Counted from the first letter of the stretch, positions 25,160 to 36,913 are shown. The stretch: DNA of 64,000 bases from Felis catus (GCF_018350175.1 NC_058368.1:97962001-98026000); one strand, 5' to 3'. Program-made: numbers and translations. The notes: generated from the letters alone by a model not told the origin.

Positions 25160-26160
25160 TCATGGGCTATGCTGGCCGTGGAGCCTGTTTAACACCAGCC
25201 CAGATAGGGAAGTAAATTCTAAACCCCACGCCATCTGCTGAGCATAGGCTTCAGTCCCGCCCATCCAGGAGCTGGTCAGAGAACCCAGGACGCCTTGGAG
25301 CCCATCCTACAGCCCTGCTGGGACAGGGAGCCAAGCCAGCAGCCCTTCCCCAGCTGTTGAGAATAGTTTTTGGTCCGGCATTACAGGATAGCCTGAAAAG
25401 TAACCGTGGGCAAACTCGGAGAACAGCATATGCTACCAGAGAGCTGGGGAACTCAGACTCTGGGAACTCAGACCAGCTGTGAAGACCAGCCCACAGCCCT
25501 ACTGGATTGCTGAACACAGCCTTCGTCCTCAGTCAGGCAGGGAGCCCAATCCTGGGCTTAGGCTGTGGCACAGCCACCAAGGGAGCCTGGACAGTGACCC
25601 TACCAGATCATATAGCACAATCTCTAGCCCTACCTAATTACACCGATACAGCTGTAGGCTGTTCCTGAGCAGCTGACCAAGCCAGCGAACTTGCCATAGA
25701 ATGGAGCAGAGCCAGGGACTTATAGGATCAGGAAGCCCAGACTGTGGCCCCTTCCTACTGCAGGGCACAGCCTGTCACTCCATCTGATCACACAGTACAC
25801 CCTGAGGCCCCGTTCAACCACAGTGCCCTGCCTGTGGCCCTACCTGAATCTGGAGTCCAGCCAGCAGCACCATTCAGTCAAAAAACACATGCCTGAGAAC
25901 ACGTCTGACCAGGAGTGATTGTGGAGTCCAGCTCATAGCTGTGCCAAGTCGCACAGTCCAGCCAGTGGCACTACTCTGCCGGAGTGCACAGCCTGCAACC
26001 CCATCTCACCAGGGGTGATTGTACAGTTCAGCTAGTGGCACCATCTGACTGCAGAGCACAGCTAGCAGTTTTGCTGGGCCAGCGAGCCTGCCTAGCAGGC
26101 CTCCCTAACTGTAGAGTCCAGCCAAGGCCTGAGAGCATGGGTAGTGTGGCCTCACCCAAT
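25160..26160 (+). mobile_element. Probable old L1 5' UTR-like sequence containing a degenerate 30-bp array
   Basis: GC-rich, CpG-depleted; periodic units near gcccagcctgtggccccatctgactgcaga; L1M 5'-end assignment is from memory only. Confidence 0.45.
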
Positions 26161-26186
26161 TTAAAGACCCTATTATTCTTTATGTG

Positions 26187-26517
26187 CAGTTGATCCTAGG
26201 GGTTTGAACTTCATGGGTTTACCTGTATGCAGACCTTTTTATGGTAAAATATTCTAAATGTACTTGCCTTAAGATTTCCTTAACGTTTTCTTTTATCTAT
26301 CTTTATTATAAGAATATAGTATATAATATATATAGCATACAAAGTATGTATTAATTGAATGTTTATATTATTGGTCAGGCTTCTGGTCAATAGTAGCCTA
26401 TTAGCTAAGTTTTTGGGGAGTTAAGAATTATATACAGATTTTCAACTGCTTTGGGGAGCCAGCACCCAGCAGCTCTTGAACCCTGCTCTTGAACCTGCAT
26501 TGTTCGAGAGTCCAGTT
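26187..26517. mobile_element. Tigger2a-like (TcMar-Tigger) DNA transposon
   Basis: cagttgatcc...ggtttgaact start; ggcttctggtcaatagtagcctattag; tgttcgagagtccagtt end. Confidence 0.8.
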
Positions 26518-26827
26518 TATATATACATACATACACAAAATTATTCACAAAGTTTAAATATAAAAAGTTAAAGCATTTTTGGAAAACAGTTATTTAATTT
26601 GTGAATTTATTTTAAAATTAATTTTCTGATTGGAATTTTTTTCTTCTGATTTAGGCATAAATTTACATTAATAAAATAAACACATACAGGGATTTATATC
26701 CAGAATTATTTATTGCACAGTTATTTGCAATAGTCCGTCTGCAAAATGTAAAATTCTCTTGAAAAGAGGAAGAAAGTAAAATAAACCACAGTAAGTTAAA
26801 CAATGGCTTAATAGGTGGCTCTTTGTT

Positions 26828-27236
26828 TTTTTTTTCCCAGCTTTATTGAGATAAATTTGACATATAACACTGAGTTTAAGGTATAAACGTGATAATTTAA
26901 AATACTTACGTTTGCAGGGCACCTGGATGGCTCAGTTGGTTGAGTGTCAGACTTTGGCTCAGGTCACCATCTCTCCTCAGTTTGAGCCCCACATCCGGCT
27001 CCACTGCTGTCAGTGCAGAGCCTGCTTCAGATCCTCTGTCCCCATTCTCTGCCCCTCCCCCACTTGTACTCTCTCAAAAATAAAGAAAATATTTTTAAAA
27101 ACCCATTAAAATACATATATTTGGAAAATGATGGTCACAGTAAGGTCACTTATCATGTCTGTTACCTCGTTTGGTTACAATTTTCTTGTGCCTGCAGTGA
27201 GAACTTTTAAGATTTCTCTTTTAGCAAGTTTATAAC
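26828..27236 (-). mobile_element. L1MA/MB-type 3' end, split by a SINE
   Basis: cagctttattgagataaatttgacatataacac...gtgagaacttttaagattt. Confidence 0.8.
26916..27102 (+). mobile_element. Can-SINE
   Basis: gggcacctggatggctcag head; degraded TSD ttaaaatac...tttg. Confidence 0.92.
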
Positions 27237-27287
27237 TCTTTTCTTTAATGTTCTTTTATTTTCTTTTAAACCTTTAGGAAAAATTTG

Positions 27288-27504
27288 GTTTTTTTTTTAA
27301 CGTTTATTTATTTTTGAGAGAGAGAGAGAGACAGAACATGAGCGGGGGAGGGGCAGAGAGAGAGAGGGAGACACAGAATCCGAAGCAGGCTCCAGGCTCT
27401 GAGCTGTCAGCACGTAGCCCGATGCAGGGCTTGAACTCACAAACTGTGAGATCGTTACCTGAGCTGAAGTCAGATGCTTAACCAACTGAGCTACTTAGGC
27501 TGCC
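27288..27504 (-). mobile_element. Can-SINE
   Basis: 22-bp TSD ttaaac(c/t)tttaggaaaaatttg (27266-27287, 27505-27526). Confidence 0.95.
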
Positions 27505-27543
27505 TTAAACTTTTAGGAAAAATTTGAACTTGTCTCCTACTTC

Positions 27544-27546
27544 ACA

Positions 27547-27598
<52 letters not shown>

Positions 27599-27785
27599 TA
27601 TGTATATATGTATGTATACATATATACACATATATACATGTATATATATGTGTATATATGTGTATATATGTATATGTATATGTGTATATATGTATATATG
27701 TATACATATATGTATATATGTACATATATGTATACATACATACATATATACATATGTGCATATATGTATATATACACACACATAT
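27544..27785. repeat. Compound TA/CA/TATG microsatellite (~240 bp)
   Basis: Direct read. Confidence 0.97.
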
Positions 27786-27854
27786 TTTGTAAGTACTGAT
27801 ATAGTTTCATGGATACAATGTCCTCTTGAAACATGTTGAAAACTAAAAATATTT

Positions 27855-28078
27855 TTTTTTTAATTTTTTTTTCAACGTTTATTTATTTTTGGGACAGAGA
27901 GAGACAGAGCATGAATGGGGGAGGGGCAGAGAGAGAGGGAGACACAGAATCGGAAACAGGCTCCAGGCTCTGAGCCATCATCAGCCCAGAGCCTGATGCG
28001 GGGCTCGAACTCACGGACCGCGAGATCGTGACCTGGCTGAAGTCGGACGCTTAACCGACTGCGCCACCCAGGCGCCCC
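27855..28078 (-). mobile_element. Young cat-type Can-SINE (SINEC_Fc-like)
   Basis: CpGs largely retained; perfect 17-bp TSD gaaaactaaaaatattt (27838-27854, 28079-28095). Confidence 0.95.
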
Positions 28079-28248
28079 GAAAACTAAAAATATTTAAAAA
28101 ATATATTGTCTATACTAATTTAGGGGTTCCTTGAATTTTTTAGCCAGGAAATCATTAGTTGTGAGTCTCCAGAGTGATCTCTTATTTGAACTGCATCATA
28201 TACTCATGATTTTTTTTATTTTTTGAATTTCTTTATTTACCCTTACAG

Positions 28249-28292
28249 AACGAAGTCTACATTTGTCCAGACTGGCAGATGAAGTGAGTTCG
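28249..28292 (+). other. Candidate short internal exon with two alternative donors (28283 or 28292)
   Basis: Long pyrimidine tract plus ccttacag acceptor; donors GAA|gtgagt and TCG|gtaagc; non-repetitive sequence. Confidence 0.55.
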
Positions 28293-29403
28293 GTAAGCAA
28301 TCCATGTCCATTTCTGAATACTTCATGCCTAGATGAAAATGAAGGTGAAGTTTCACATTGTTAATTAATCTTCTGAAACCGAAATCCAGAACTTCCAAAG
28401 CCAGAGGTTTATGTGTGGTGGTGGGATGGAGAGGAACTAAGATGTAGGAGTCAAAGTGCTCATATAGTTGGAATAGAGAGCCTTTTCACTGTCCAGAAGA
28501 GTTTCTCTGCATGCTTTGTTTGGCAGCCAGCATTTAGGAACATGCAGTCAGTTGTATGCCAAGGGATTATGTGGCTCAGATGCCCCCCAAGTTACCCTAA
28601 GGCTAAGAAGTTATTCCCTAGCTTTTAATAAGCTCTACTTAAAATTTTCATTTCAACTGCTTCACTCGTCCTTTAGGGCATTAGTGTGGTTATCCTAGGG
28701 TCTCATTCATTCACCCCCTGGTCTTATTCATCTTCTTTCGCCAGGACATTAGAAGGGACATGATGTAGCTCTTTGCCCAAAGTCCCATCTGTGCTGTATC
28801 TAGTAGAAATTACAGTTGAAAGTCCAGATGTTTTGACATGTATGTGACATCCTTCCCTAGTTGCCATTATTTATGCTTTATTTTCCCATTTTCCTATTTC
28901 TTTCTCACTTTGTGGAGTGATGGGGTTAGGAGATGTCATATTCTTTGTTATAATCACAATGGGGAATTGTAAACATTCAGTCCTTTACAGAATACATCTG
29001 CTGAAACTGGAAGATCTAAAGCAATAGCAGTGAAACAACAGCAAAAAACCCCATTTTTTAGCTATGTCAGAGTGTTTTTAGCCATTGATTTCCTAAATGT
29101 CTAAAATAATCCAAATTTAGAAGTAGTTTGAAGTGAGAGAATTAATATTTAGTCATATTTACCTTATATACATGACCGTCATTGATTCAATGAATCAATT
29201 TTTGAATTTATTTCTATGAAAAATCTTACCAAGTCATCAACATTACAGAATAGTCATAGGTTTAACATATTTACTTATTGAAAATAATACGACCATGTGA
29301 AATTGAGAATGTTCAGTCACAGTGCATCTAAGGGTAAATTCATCCTCCTTCCTGATCAGTATGATGGGAGCAATTTCTAACTTAGAGTGTTTTCTTGTTA
29401 CAG

Positions 29404-29513
29404 CCAAGTGGTTGTGGAGAATGTACACATGGGATCTTGGGTTTGTTAGCTGAGAAATACAAAGTTCCTCAGTGTTTTAGACCAAGAAGGCGTCTGAGGC
29501 AGCTGTTCTTTCA
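29404..29513 (+). other. Candidate 110-nt exon
   Basis: Branch-point-like ttctaac (~29375-29381), ttttcttgttacag acceptor, TCA|gtaagc donor. Confidence 0.35.
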
Positions 29514-29907
29514 GTAAGCGACTTTGAATATGTGGAATGTCTGCCAGAGTTTCTGGGTGTTTGTGTGTGGGCTGTCATTGAACTAATTGCCCAAACCCCT
29601 GACAAGAAGATAGAGTTTTGTTTGAAGATCAGGGAGGGAGGGCGTATCATTCTCTGAAGAGAATGATTAACCAACAGTTTAAACAACAGTTTCTCTCTCC
29701 CCGAAGCCCACTTGCAGCTCCTTCCAGGACATTCCATCCTAAACAGACGAAGCATCTTTTCTACTTCTGCTTTGTTTATATATTTTGTAAAATGTTACAA
29801 AATTTACCTAAGTAGATTGTAGATAAACCAGAAAATAGAAATTGTTGCAAAGAAAGTGGCCCAAAATTCATCTACCTAGAAATATTTCCTGATGCATATG
29901 TAAATAT

Positions 29908-29969
29908 ATTTACATGTACTTCTTCTGACCAAAGTGAAATTTACATGTACTTCTTCTGACCAAAGTGAA
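29908..29969. repeat. Perfect 31-bp tandem duplication
   Basis: atttacatgtacttcttctgaccaaagtgaa twice. Confidence 0.97.
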
Positions 29970-30193
29970 ATCATACTAGAGATACTCTTTGTGACCTGTT
30001 TTAACTCACTGATGTATGACTTTTCAACTAAGTTTTGTTTGCTTTGTAACAACATTCATTTATTCATCAAACTCGTATTTAATCAGCATGTATGGCATAG
30101 CAGATGTCCTGCTGGGAACAAGAAGACATTGCTAAAGAAGATACAGCTTCTGCCTGAAACATTTAATACTCAAGGTGGAGGAAACATAATTAA

Positions 30194-30399
30194 ATTTTTT
30201 TTAAACCCATTTATTTATTTGAGAGAGACAGAACATGAGCAGGGGAGGGGTAGAGAGAGAGGGAGACACAGAATCCGAAGCAGGCTCCAGGCTCCAAGCT
30301 ATCAGCACAGAACCTGATGTGGGGCTTGAACTCACAAACCATGAGATCATGACCTGAGCTGAAGTCGGATGCTTAACCGACTGAGCCACCCAGGCGCCC
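30194..30399 (-). mobile_element. Can-SINE
   Basis: Full reverse head, body and tail. Confidence 0.95.
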
Positions 30400-30899
30400 C
30401 CCCCCCTTTTTTTTCTTTTAATTAGGAATCTTCATTAGATCAATAACCACAATGTAATTTATTACGAGCTAGAATAGAGGCAGAATACAGGTAGGATGTT
30501 TCTTCAGACAAGAGTACGTGTACTCTCGAGAGGTTTGAGAAGATTTCTCAGGAGTGCTTGGGCACTCAGTCTTTTTTAAGGCAATTCAGTTTCCTCAGCT
30601 CATATTTGTGGGGCTTTCTAATTCGATTGGTCTGCCCTAAAGTGTGGTTGAGTGCATGGGTAGGGGTGTGGTCTCTGATCATCTGTACCTTTTGTGGTAG
30701 GCTCTTCCCCTGAAGAGAAAGATAAAGCTGTCACGCACTGTGGCTCAACAGTGTTGCATTGTTATGGGTGCAGAAACCTAGGTTTCCCAGCAAAAGTGCA
30801 ATTTGAAATCTTGGTGTGGAGAAAGTGAGTAATGGTAATGTTTTATCTGAGAAAAGTCATTCAAAGCACCAATCTGGCCATTTAGGAAAAATTTCTTTT

Positions 30900-31130
30900 C
30901 TTTTATTTATTTTTATTTTTATTTATTTTTATTTTTACATTTATTTATTTTTGAGAGACAGAGCACAAGTGGGGGAAGAGCAGACAGAGAGGGAGACACA
31001 GAATCCGAAGCAGGCTCCAGGCTCTGAGCTGTCAACACAGAGCCTGACACGGGGCTTAAACTCACGAACTGTGAGATCATGACCTGGGCCAAAGTCAGAT
31101 GCTCAACTGACTGAGCCACCCAGGTGTCCC
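30900..31130 (-). mobile_element. Can-SINE
   Basis: Perfect 15-bp TSD ggaaaaatttctttt (30885-30899, 31132-31146). Confidence 0.95.
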
Positions 31131-31417
31131 TGGAAAAATTTCTTTTAGCTTTTAGTGGTTTACAGCAGTAACAACTTTTCATTACCAGAACATTATATTT
31201 TTAATCATAGAGTCAGAGTGATCCATGAAAAAATTGTAAGCATAAAAATGATTACAGTAGGATAAACTTCTGTTAGTGATGTTGAATGGAATACAGGTCA
31301 AAGGTAAACAGGAGTATCCCACCACTTCCAGCTGTTGAAAGAAGTGTGCTGTTATTCTTCACAAGGATGATGCCAATTCCATTGCAATGGTTTTTAGATT
31401 GCATTGGATATATTTTA

Positions 31418-31642
31418 TTTTTTTTTAAATTTTTTTTTTCAACTTTTATTTATTTTTGGGACAGAGAGAGAGAGAGCATGAACGGGGGAGGGGCAGAGAG
31501 AGAGGGGGTCACAGAATCGGAAGCAGGCTCCAGGCTCTGAGCCATCAGCCCAGAGCCTGACGCGGGGCTCGAACTCACAGACCGCGAGATCGTGACCTGG
31601 CTGAAGTCGGACGCTTAACCGACTGCGCCACCCAGGCGCCCC
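31418..31642 (-). mobile_element. Young cat-type Can-SINE (SINEC_Fc-like)
   Basis: CpG-rich, near-identical to 27855-28078; perfect TSD ggatatatttta (31406-31417, 31643-31654). Confidence 0.95.
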
Positions 31643-31869
31643 GGATATATTTTAAAGAATGCAATCATATGTGTGAAATGTCAATATTTATAACACAGGA
31701 CATTGTGTCATTTATGACGAGTTAATTTTATAATGAAAAACAGATGTCATCTTCAAAATGTGTGAGGGCATACATGGGTCTTCTAAATTCTCTTAGAGTG
31801 CATGTTTAAAAAAGTATAGTATAGTTGCTACATGAGTAGCTGCTGAAGGCGGAAGAAAGGGGTTGAGCT

Positions 31870-31990
31870 CTTGATCCGCCAATACCTAGTTCCATGACTC
31901 AGGCAAGTTGTTTCATCTAAGCCTTGATTTCTTCATCAGTAAATAAATAGATGGTACCTACTCATGAGGTTTCCATGAAATTTAATGTTT
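31870..31990 (+). mobile_element. MIR fragment
   Basis: catgactcaggcaagttgtttcatctaagccttgatttcttcatcagtaaat. Confidence 0.65.
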
Positions 31991-32067
31991 CACTGGAGTG
32001 AGTTTACCACAGCAGAGTCAAAGAGAATCACCTTATTGTATTCCTTTAAAAAAAAAATATATATATA

Positions 32068-32282
32068 TGTTTTATAATGTTTATATACTTATGAGAGAAG
32101 CAGAGAGAGAGACAGAGGCATGAGGGCAGGGGCAGAGAAAAAGGGAAACATAGAATCCAAAGGAGGCTTCAGGCTCTGAGCTGTCAGCACAGAGCCCGAT
32201 GCGGGGCTTGAACCCATGAACTGTGAGATCATGACCTGAGCCAAAGTTGGATGCTTAAATGACTGAGCCACCCAGGTGCCCC
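32068..32282 (-). mobile_element. Can-SINE
   Basis: Reverse head tgagccacccaggtgcccc. Confidence 0.93.
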
Positions 32283-32461
32283 ACGTTGTTGTATTTCTTA
32301 AATATATGCAAAAAGTTAAATCTGAGTCCTTATCAAGTCCCAATATCAAGTCCTTTTTCTTTTAAAAAGGTGTTTTTGTTGTTGTTGTTGTTTTGTGGTA
32401 GGGTAATGGTATGAAGGGGAGGATTCTTTTTCCTGCAAATTGTATTCAAATTCCAGAAGAA

Positions 32462-32651
32462 GGGGTGCCTGGGTGGCTCAATCGGTTGAGTGTCTGGCCT
32501 TTGATTTTCGCTCAAGTCATGATCTCATCTGGCTCCGTGTTGTGCATGAAGCCTGCTTGGGATTCTCTCTCTCTCACTTTGTCTCTGCCCCTTTCCCACT
32601 TGTGTTCTCTCTCTCTCAAAATAAATAAATAAACATTAAAAAAAAAAAAAA
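32462..32651 (+). mobile_element. Can-SINE
   Basis: ggggtgcctgggtggctc head; TSD ccagaagaa. Confidence 0.93.
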
Positions 32652-33111
32652 GTCCCAGAAGAAGAATATAGTTTTGACAACCTGGACTTCGGGTCTTCAA
32701 ATTTCAAGCCCACAATAGCACAAAGTATTTCTACTCTTTTCCTGCCAAAATATGCTCAAGTTTCTTTTGATTTGGTTTTCAGAGTTACGACCCTTAAGGA
32801 TTAGATCCCAAGGTATCCATATGTGTAACCTGCCCCCAAGAGTTCTACCATATCCAGACCTGCTGTGTTGGAGATGAGCATTGGACCTTGCCACTTGTTT
32901 AGAGACTGACCTCATCTTTTTATTTTTAGAGAAGGCACACCAGAAACAAGCCTCTTATTCCTCTTCAATCCAACACCATCACCCCCTTCTCCTCTAAGAA
33001 AATCTAGCTTAATACCTCTTCCACAAATCTACATTCCTCCCAAAAGCTTGAGGCTTTCTTGAGGGCTCCAGATTTAGATACAGAAGTTTGGCCATCCTAT
33101 CACAAAGGGTA

Positions 33112-33689
33112 TGTGCAGAAAAGAATTACCATATCAAGTCTGAGACTACTGTCCTTTGAAAGGTCTGTTGGCAAGGTTGGTTCTTGGCCAGCATTTGGAA
33201 ACTTGGATTCCTGGAGTGTTCCCACCATTCCATAATTAATAAAAGAGTGTCTCACTGTGCTTAATATGTTTGTGGAAACAATAGGGTTTATTCAGAACAC
33301 CTGCTTTACTTCTGAGAGTCTGGAATTTTGGCAGAGCTAGAGGATGTCTCTGTGACCAGTCTCCACCCAGACCTTGACACTGAGTCTCTCGTGAGCTTCC
33401 CAGGTAGACAGCACATGGCGTTGCCACAATTTGATGCTGGAGGAATTAAGTCCTGTGTGACTCTACTGGAGAACTCTTGCAAGCTTGTGCCTGGTTTCCT
33501 TTGGCCTTGGCGTATGTGTCTTTTCCCTTGGCTGATTTTGTTTTTTATCTTTTGTTTTAATAAGTATCAGGCATGCAAACAAGTATCTGTTGAGTCCTGT
33601 GAGACTCCCTAGAAGTCTGAAAAATATATAGCTGAAAAAAATATAAAGCTGAAAAATATAACGGTGTGATCTTGGGGATAACCTATACA
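33112..33689 (+). mobile_element. MER68-like ERVL solo LTR
   Basis: tgtgcagaaaagaattaccatatcaagtctgagactactgtcctttgaaagg start; ...tcttggggataacctataca end. Confidence 0.75.
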
Positions 33690-34143
33690 AGGAGGAATAG
33701 GAAAAAACACATTTTAGTATTTCCTGGAATTTTAATACCAGTAACAACAGTAAAACCAAGGCAAAATTCTTATCTTAATTTCAGAAAGTTAAATGAAATG
33801 CCAAGGGTCATTACACTAAAGGAAGTCTTCCCAAAGGAGACGACCTTTGGTAATTCCCTCAGTCCTAATGGTTAGCTGTTACAGTGTAGTTAGGGAAGGT
33901 TTCCCAGAAAAGGGAACTCTTGAGTCCAGCCTTACGTCTTTTTAGAGATGACCTCTCTTTTTATGCAGTCACAGAATACTAAGACCATGTCCATAGAATT
34001 CTAATTAAACCTGAAATCCTACTTTTGCTGTAGAGGCTATCCAGATGGAAAGATAGTGTAAGAATGCTTTTAAAAAGTCCTCTTGATTTTTCTTTTTGAT
34101 ATTACTGGAGTTATTTGCTGTTTTAAATATTTTGCTGAAAATC

Positions 34144-34144
34144 G

Positions 34145-34207
<63 letters not shown>

Positions 34208-34219
34208 ATGTTTGTGTGT
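34144..34219. repeat. (TG)n microsatellite
   Basis: Direct read. Confidence 0.97.
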
Positions 34220-35179
34220 CTCGAAGCTTCAGGAATGGGCACAGTTATAGAAATCCACTGAATAAATAAAGAGTGAAAAATTGTAAAGACAGGTGGGATG
34301 TTGTTGAATCTGTGTTGTGTTTTGCTAACAAGCATATCATACTTTCCAAAACTAATACCAATCACAGCTGAAAACCCGTGATTAGATATATGGGAAGCTT
34401 ATCCAATTGCATTTGATCTCTTAGTCTCAGTGGATGAGCTTTTCGCTACATTTTGTTTTTCACCTGTGCATATTGATATAAAATATTAAGCTTTAGGGTG
34501 GAAAAATGTGGACAAAATGAATTTCTGCCCTTAGAGAGCAACCCAGTTTTCTTGGTCATTTTTAGGAAGCATTATTTTGTTCCCAGCTATTTCTTCAAAA
34601 ACCTGTATTTGTATTTCAAAACAACAATTAAATCAAACAAGCAAAATTAAACATATATTCCCAGCACAAAATATTATTGTTTAAATATCAGTCATAGAGC
34701 TCTTCCAAGGTGGTAAAAGATTCTCGATGTTCATAGCCAGTGGCTCAGAAATGATTCAGTGTGTAGGAAAAATTATACTGAAAATTAAAAAAAAAAAAGA
34801 AAAGAAAAAAAGATTTGATGTACTTGAGTTTTTAAAATCTACAGTATAGTCACACTTAAAAGCAACAATACCCCTTATCATCCTTGTTCTGCAAAAATCA
34901 TCATTTTAATCCTTGTCGTGCCTTTGCATATTGTACTAATTCTTGCACTTGAATCCCTCGTGGTCACAGACTCTCAGATTTTGCTTTCCTTCAAGGCCAG
35001 CTATGAAGTACCTCTCGTGCTCCTTGTCATTCTTGCACATTTAATTGTCTTTCCTTTCTTTTTTTCCCCTTTTTTTTAGCCAGAAGCTAGTTTAATGTTG
35101 GTGATGCCTCATAATTATGGTTTTGGTTTTAGAAGAGATGAGTGGAGGCTCTGTTTTCTGTTGACTTTCCTAGTTATTT

Positions 35180-35460
35180 TTTTTTCTTTCATCTTTTCAT
35201 TTGAGTGTAGTTGACATGCGATGTTATATTAGTTTCAAGTATATGACATAGTGATTCGACAGGCTGATACATTATGCTGTGTCACCACATACGTAGCTAC
35301 CATCTCTTGGCATGCAGTGCTATTACCATAACATTGACTACATACATTCCTTATACTGTGCCTTTTATTCCTGAGACTTATTCATTCTATAACTGGAAGC
35401 CTGTACCTCCCTCTCCCCTTCCTCCATTTTGCCCATCCCTCTCTCCCCTCTGGCACCCAC
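35180..35460 (-). mobile_element. Carnivore/L1MA-type L1 3' end
   Basis: tagttgacatgcgatgttatattagtttcaagtatatgacatagtgattc. Confidence 0.8.
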
Positions 35461-35625
35461 CAGATTTAGTTTTTTTATGCAAGAGCACCTCTTGTGTTCC
35501 CTCTATGCATCTGAACTTTGTAGAAATCTTTTTAACTGAGGGTCTTTTTTTCTATGCAAAATAGAAATGAAGCTACTTATCATTATACTTTTCAAAGAAT
35601 ATATACAAACAAATATAATACTAAA

Positions 35626-35858
35626 ATTAAAAAAAATGTTTATTTTTTGAGAGAGAGAGAGAGAGAGAGAGAGAAAAGCACGAGTGGGGGAGGGGCCGAA
35701 AGAGAGAGAGAGAGAGAGGGAGACACAGAATCTGAAGTAGGCTTCAGGTTCCAAGCTGTCAGCACAGAGCCCAATATGGGGTTTGAACTCACAGAATGCG
35801 AGATCATGACCTGAGCTGAAGTCGAAGGGAGATGCTTAATTGAGCCACCCAGGCACCC
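35626..35858 (-). mobile_element. Can-SINE
   Basis: TSD tacaaacaaatata (35604-35617, 35859-35872). Confidence 0.95.
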
Positions 35859-36680
35859 TACAAACAAATATAGTATTAATTGATGTTATATAATCACTGT
35901 TTAGAAATTTTTTCCTTGTTTTTTGGTTTGGGTAGGAGTAGCTCTAGCTAACTCTACTCTGTCTTAGATTTTTTTACTTTGTGAATAACCAAAGGGCTTT
36001 GTTTTCGGTTGCTAATGTTAATTTTAGGACAGCACCCTCCTAGCCAATCTTATGGACCTGACTCACCCCTTCTAGCTGGTGCTTTGTTTTTTATGTTTAT
36101 TTATTTATTCTTAAATATCCAGATGGCAGGCAGAGGCCACCAGAGGTATTGGGCTGTGGTCTACCACGTAGATTGTTGTCTCTCTTCACTGGGGTATTAA
36201 GGGCTCCCCATAGCACTCCTGATGTCTCCTCTATCCACCATACAGGGAATATGAACCGCAGTGACAATCACCCACCTCTCACAGATGCTCCTCTGTTCTC
36301 CTCATAGGATGACTTAACATCAGTGAGAACTTCCCCAGTGAAGAGTGGTCTCTTTTCCTCAATGTTAACCCTCTGCTGCCATCATGTCTTTAATTATTAT
36401 TTCTTTTTATTTTTAAATTTACATCCAAGTTGGTTAGCATATAGTGCAATAATGATTTTAGGAATAGAATCCAGTGATTCGTTCCTTACGTGTAACACCT
36501 AGTGCTTATCCTAACAAGCGTCTTCCTCAGTGCCGTTTACCCATTTAGCCCGTCCCCCCACCCACAATCCTTCCAGCAACCTTCAGTTTGTTTTCTGTAA
36601 GAGTCTCTTATGTTTTGTCCTCCTCCCTGTTTTATATTATTTTTGCTTCACTTCCCCATGCTCATCTTGTTTTGCATCTT

Positions 36681-36913
36681 TTTAATGAAAAAAAGTTTAC
36701 AAATTTTTAAAATATTTGTTTTTGAGAGAGAGAGAGAGAGAGACAGAGCGTGAGCAGGGGAGAGGCAGAGAGAGAGGGAGACACAATCTGAAGCAGGCTT
36801 CAGGCTCTGAGCTGTTGGCACGGAGCCCAATGCGGAACTCGAACCCACAAACCGTGAGATCATGACCTGGGCCAAAGTTGGTTGCTTAACTAGCTGAACC
36901 ACCCAGGTGCCCC
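36681..36913 (-). mobile_element. Can-SINE (left copy of tandem pair)
   Basis: Full reverse element. Confidence 0.95.

Noticed and set aside
24512..25241. 185-, 130- and 132-aa ORFs across the CpG island
   Set aside because: Long ORFs on both strands are expected in GC-rich DNA; no recognisable domain.
25735..26135. 30-bp periodic array as a CRISPR-like locus or coding repeat
   Set aside because: Eukaryotic DNA; units are contiguous and degenerate with no repeat-spacer alternation; no sustained ORF.
27505..27839. Six overlapping ORFs on both strands
   Set aside because: Microsatellite artefacts.
33617..33661. Three copies of ctgaaaaa(aa)tata inside the MER68-like LTR
   Set aside because: Ordinary local slippage within an old repeat.
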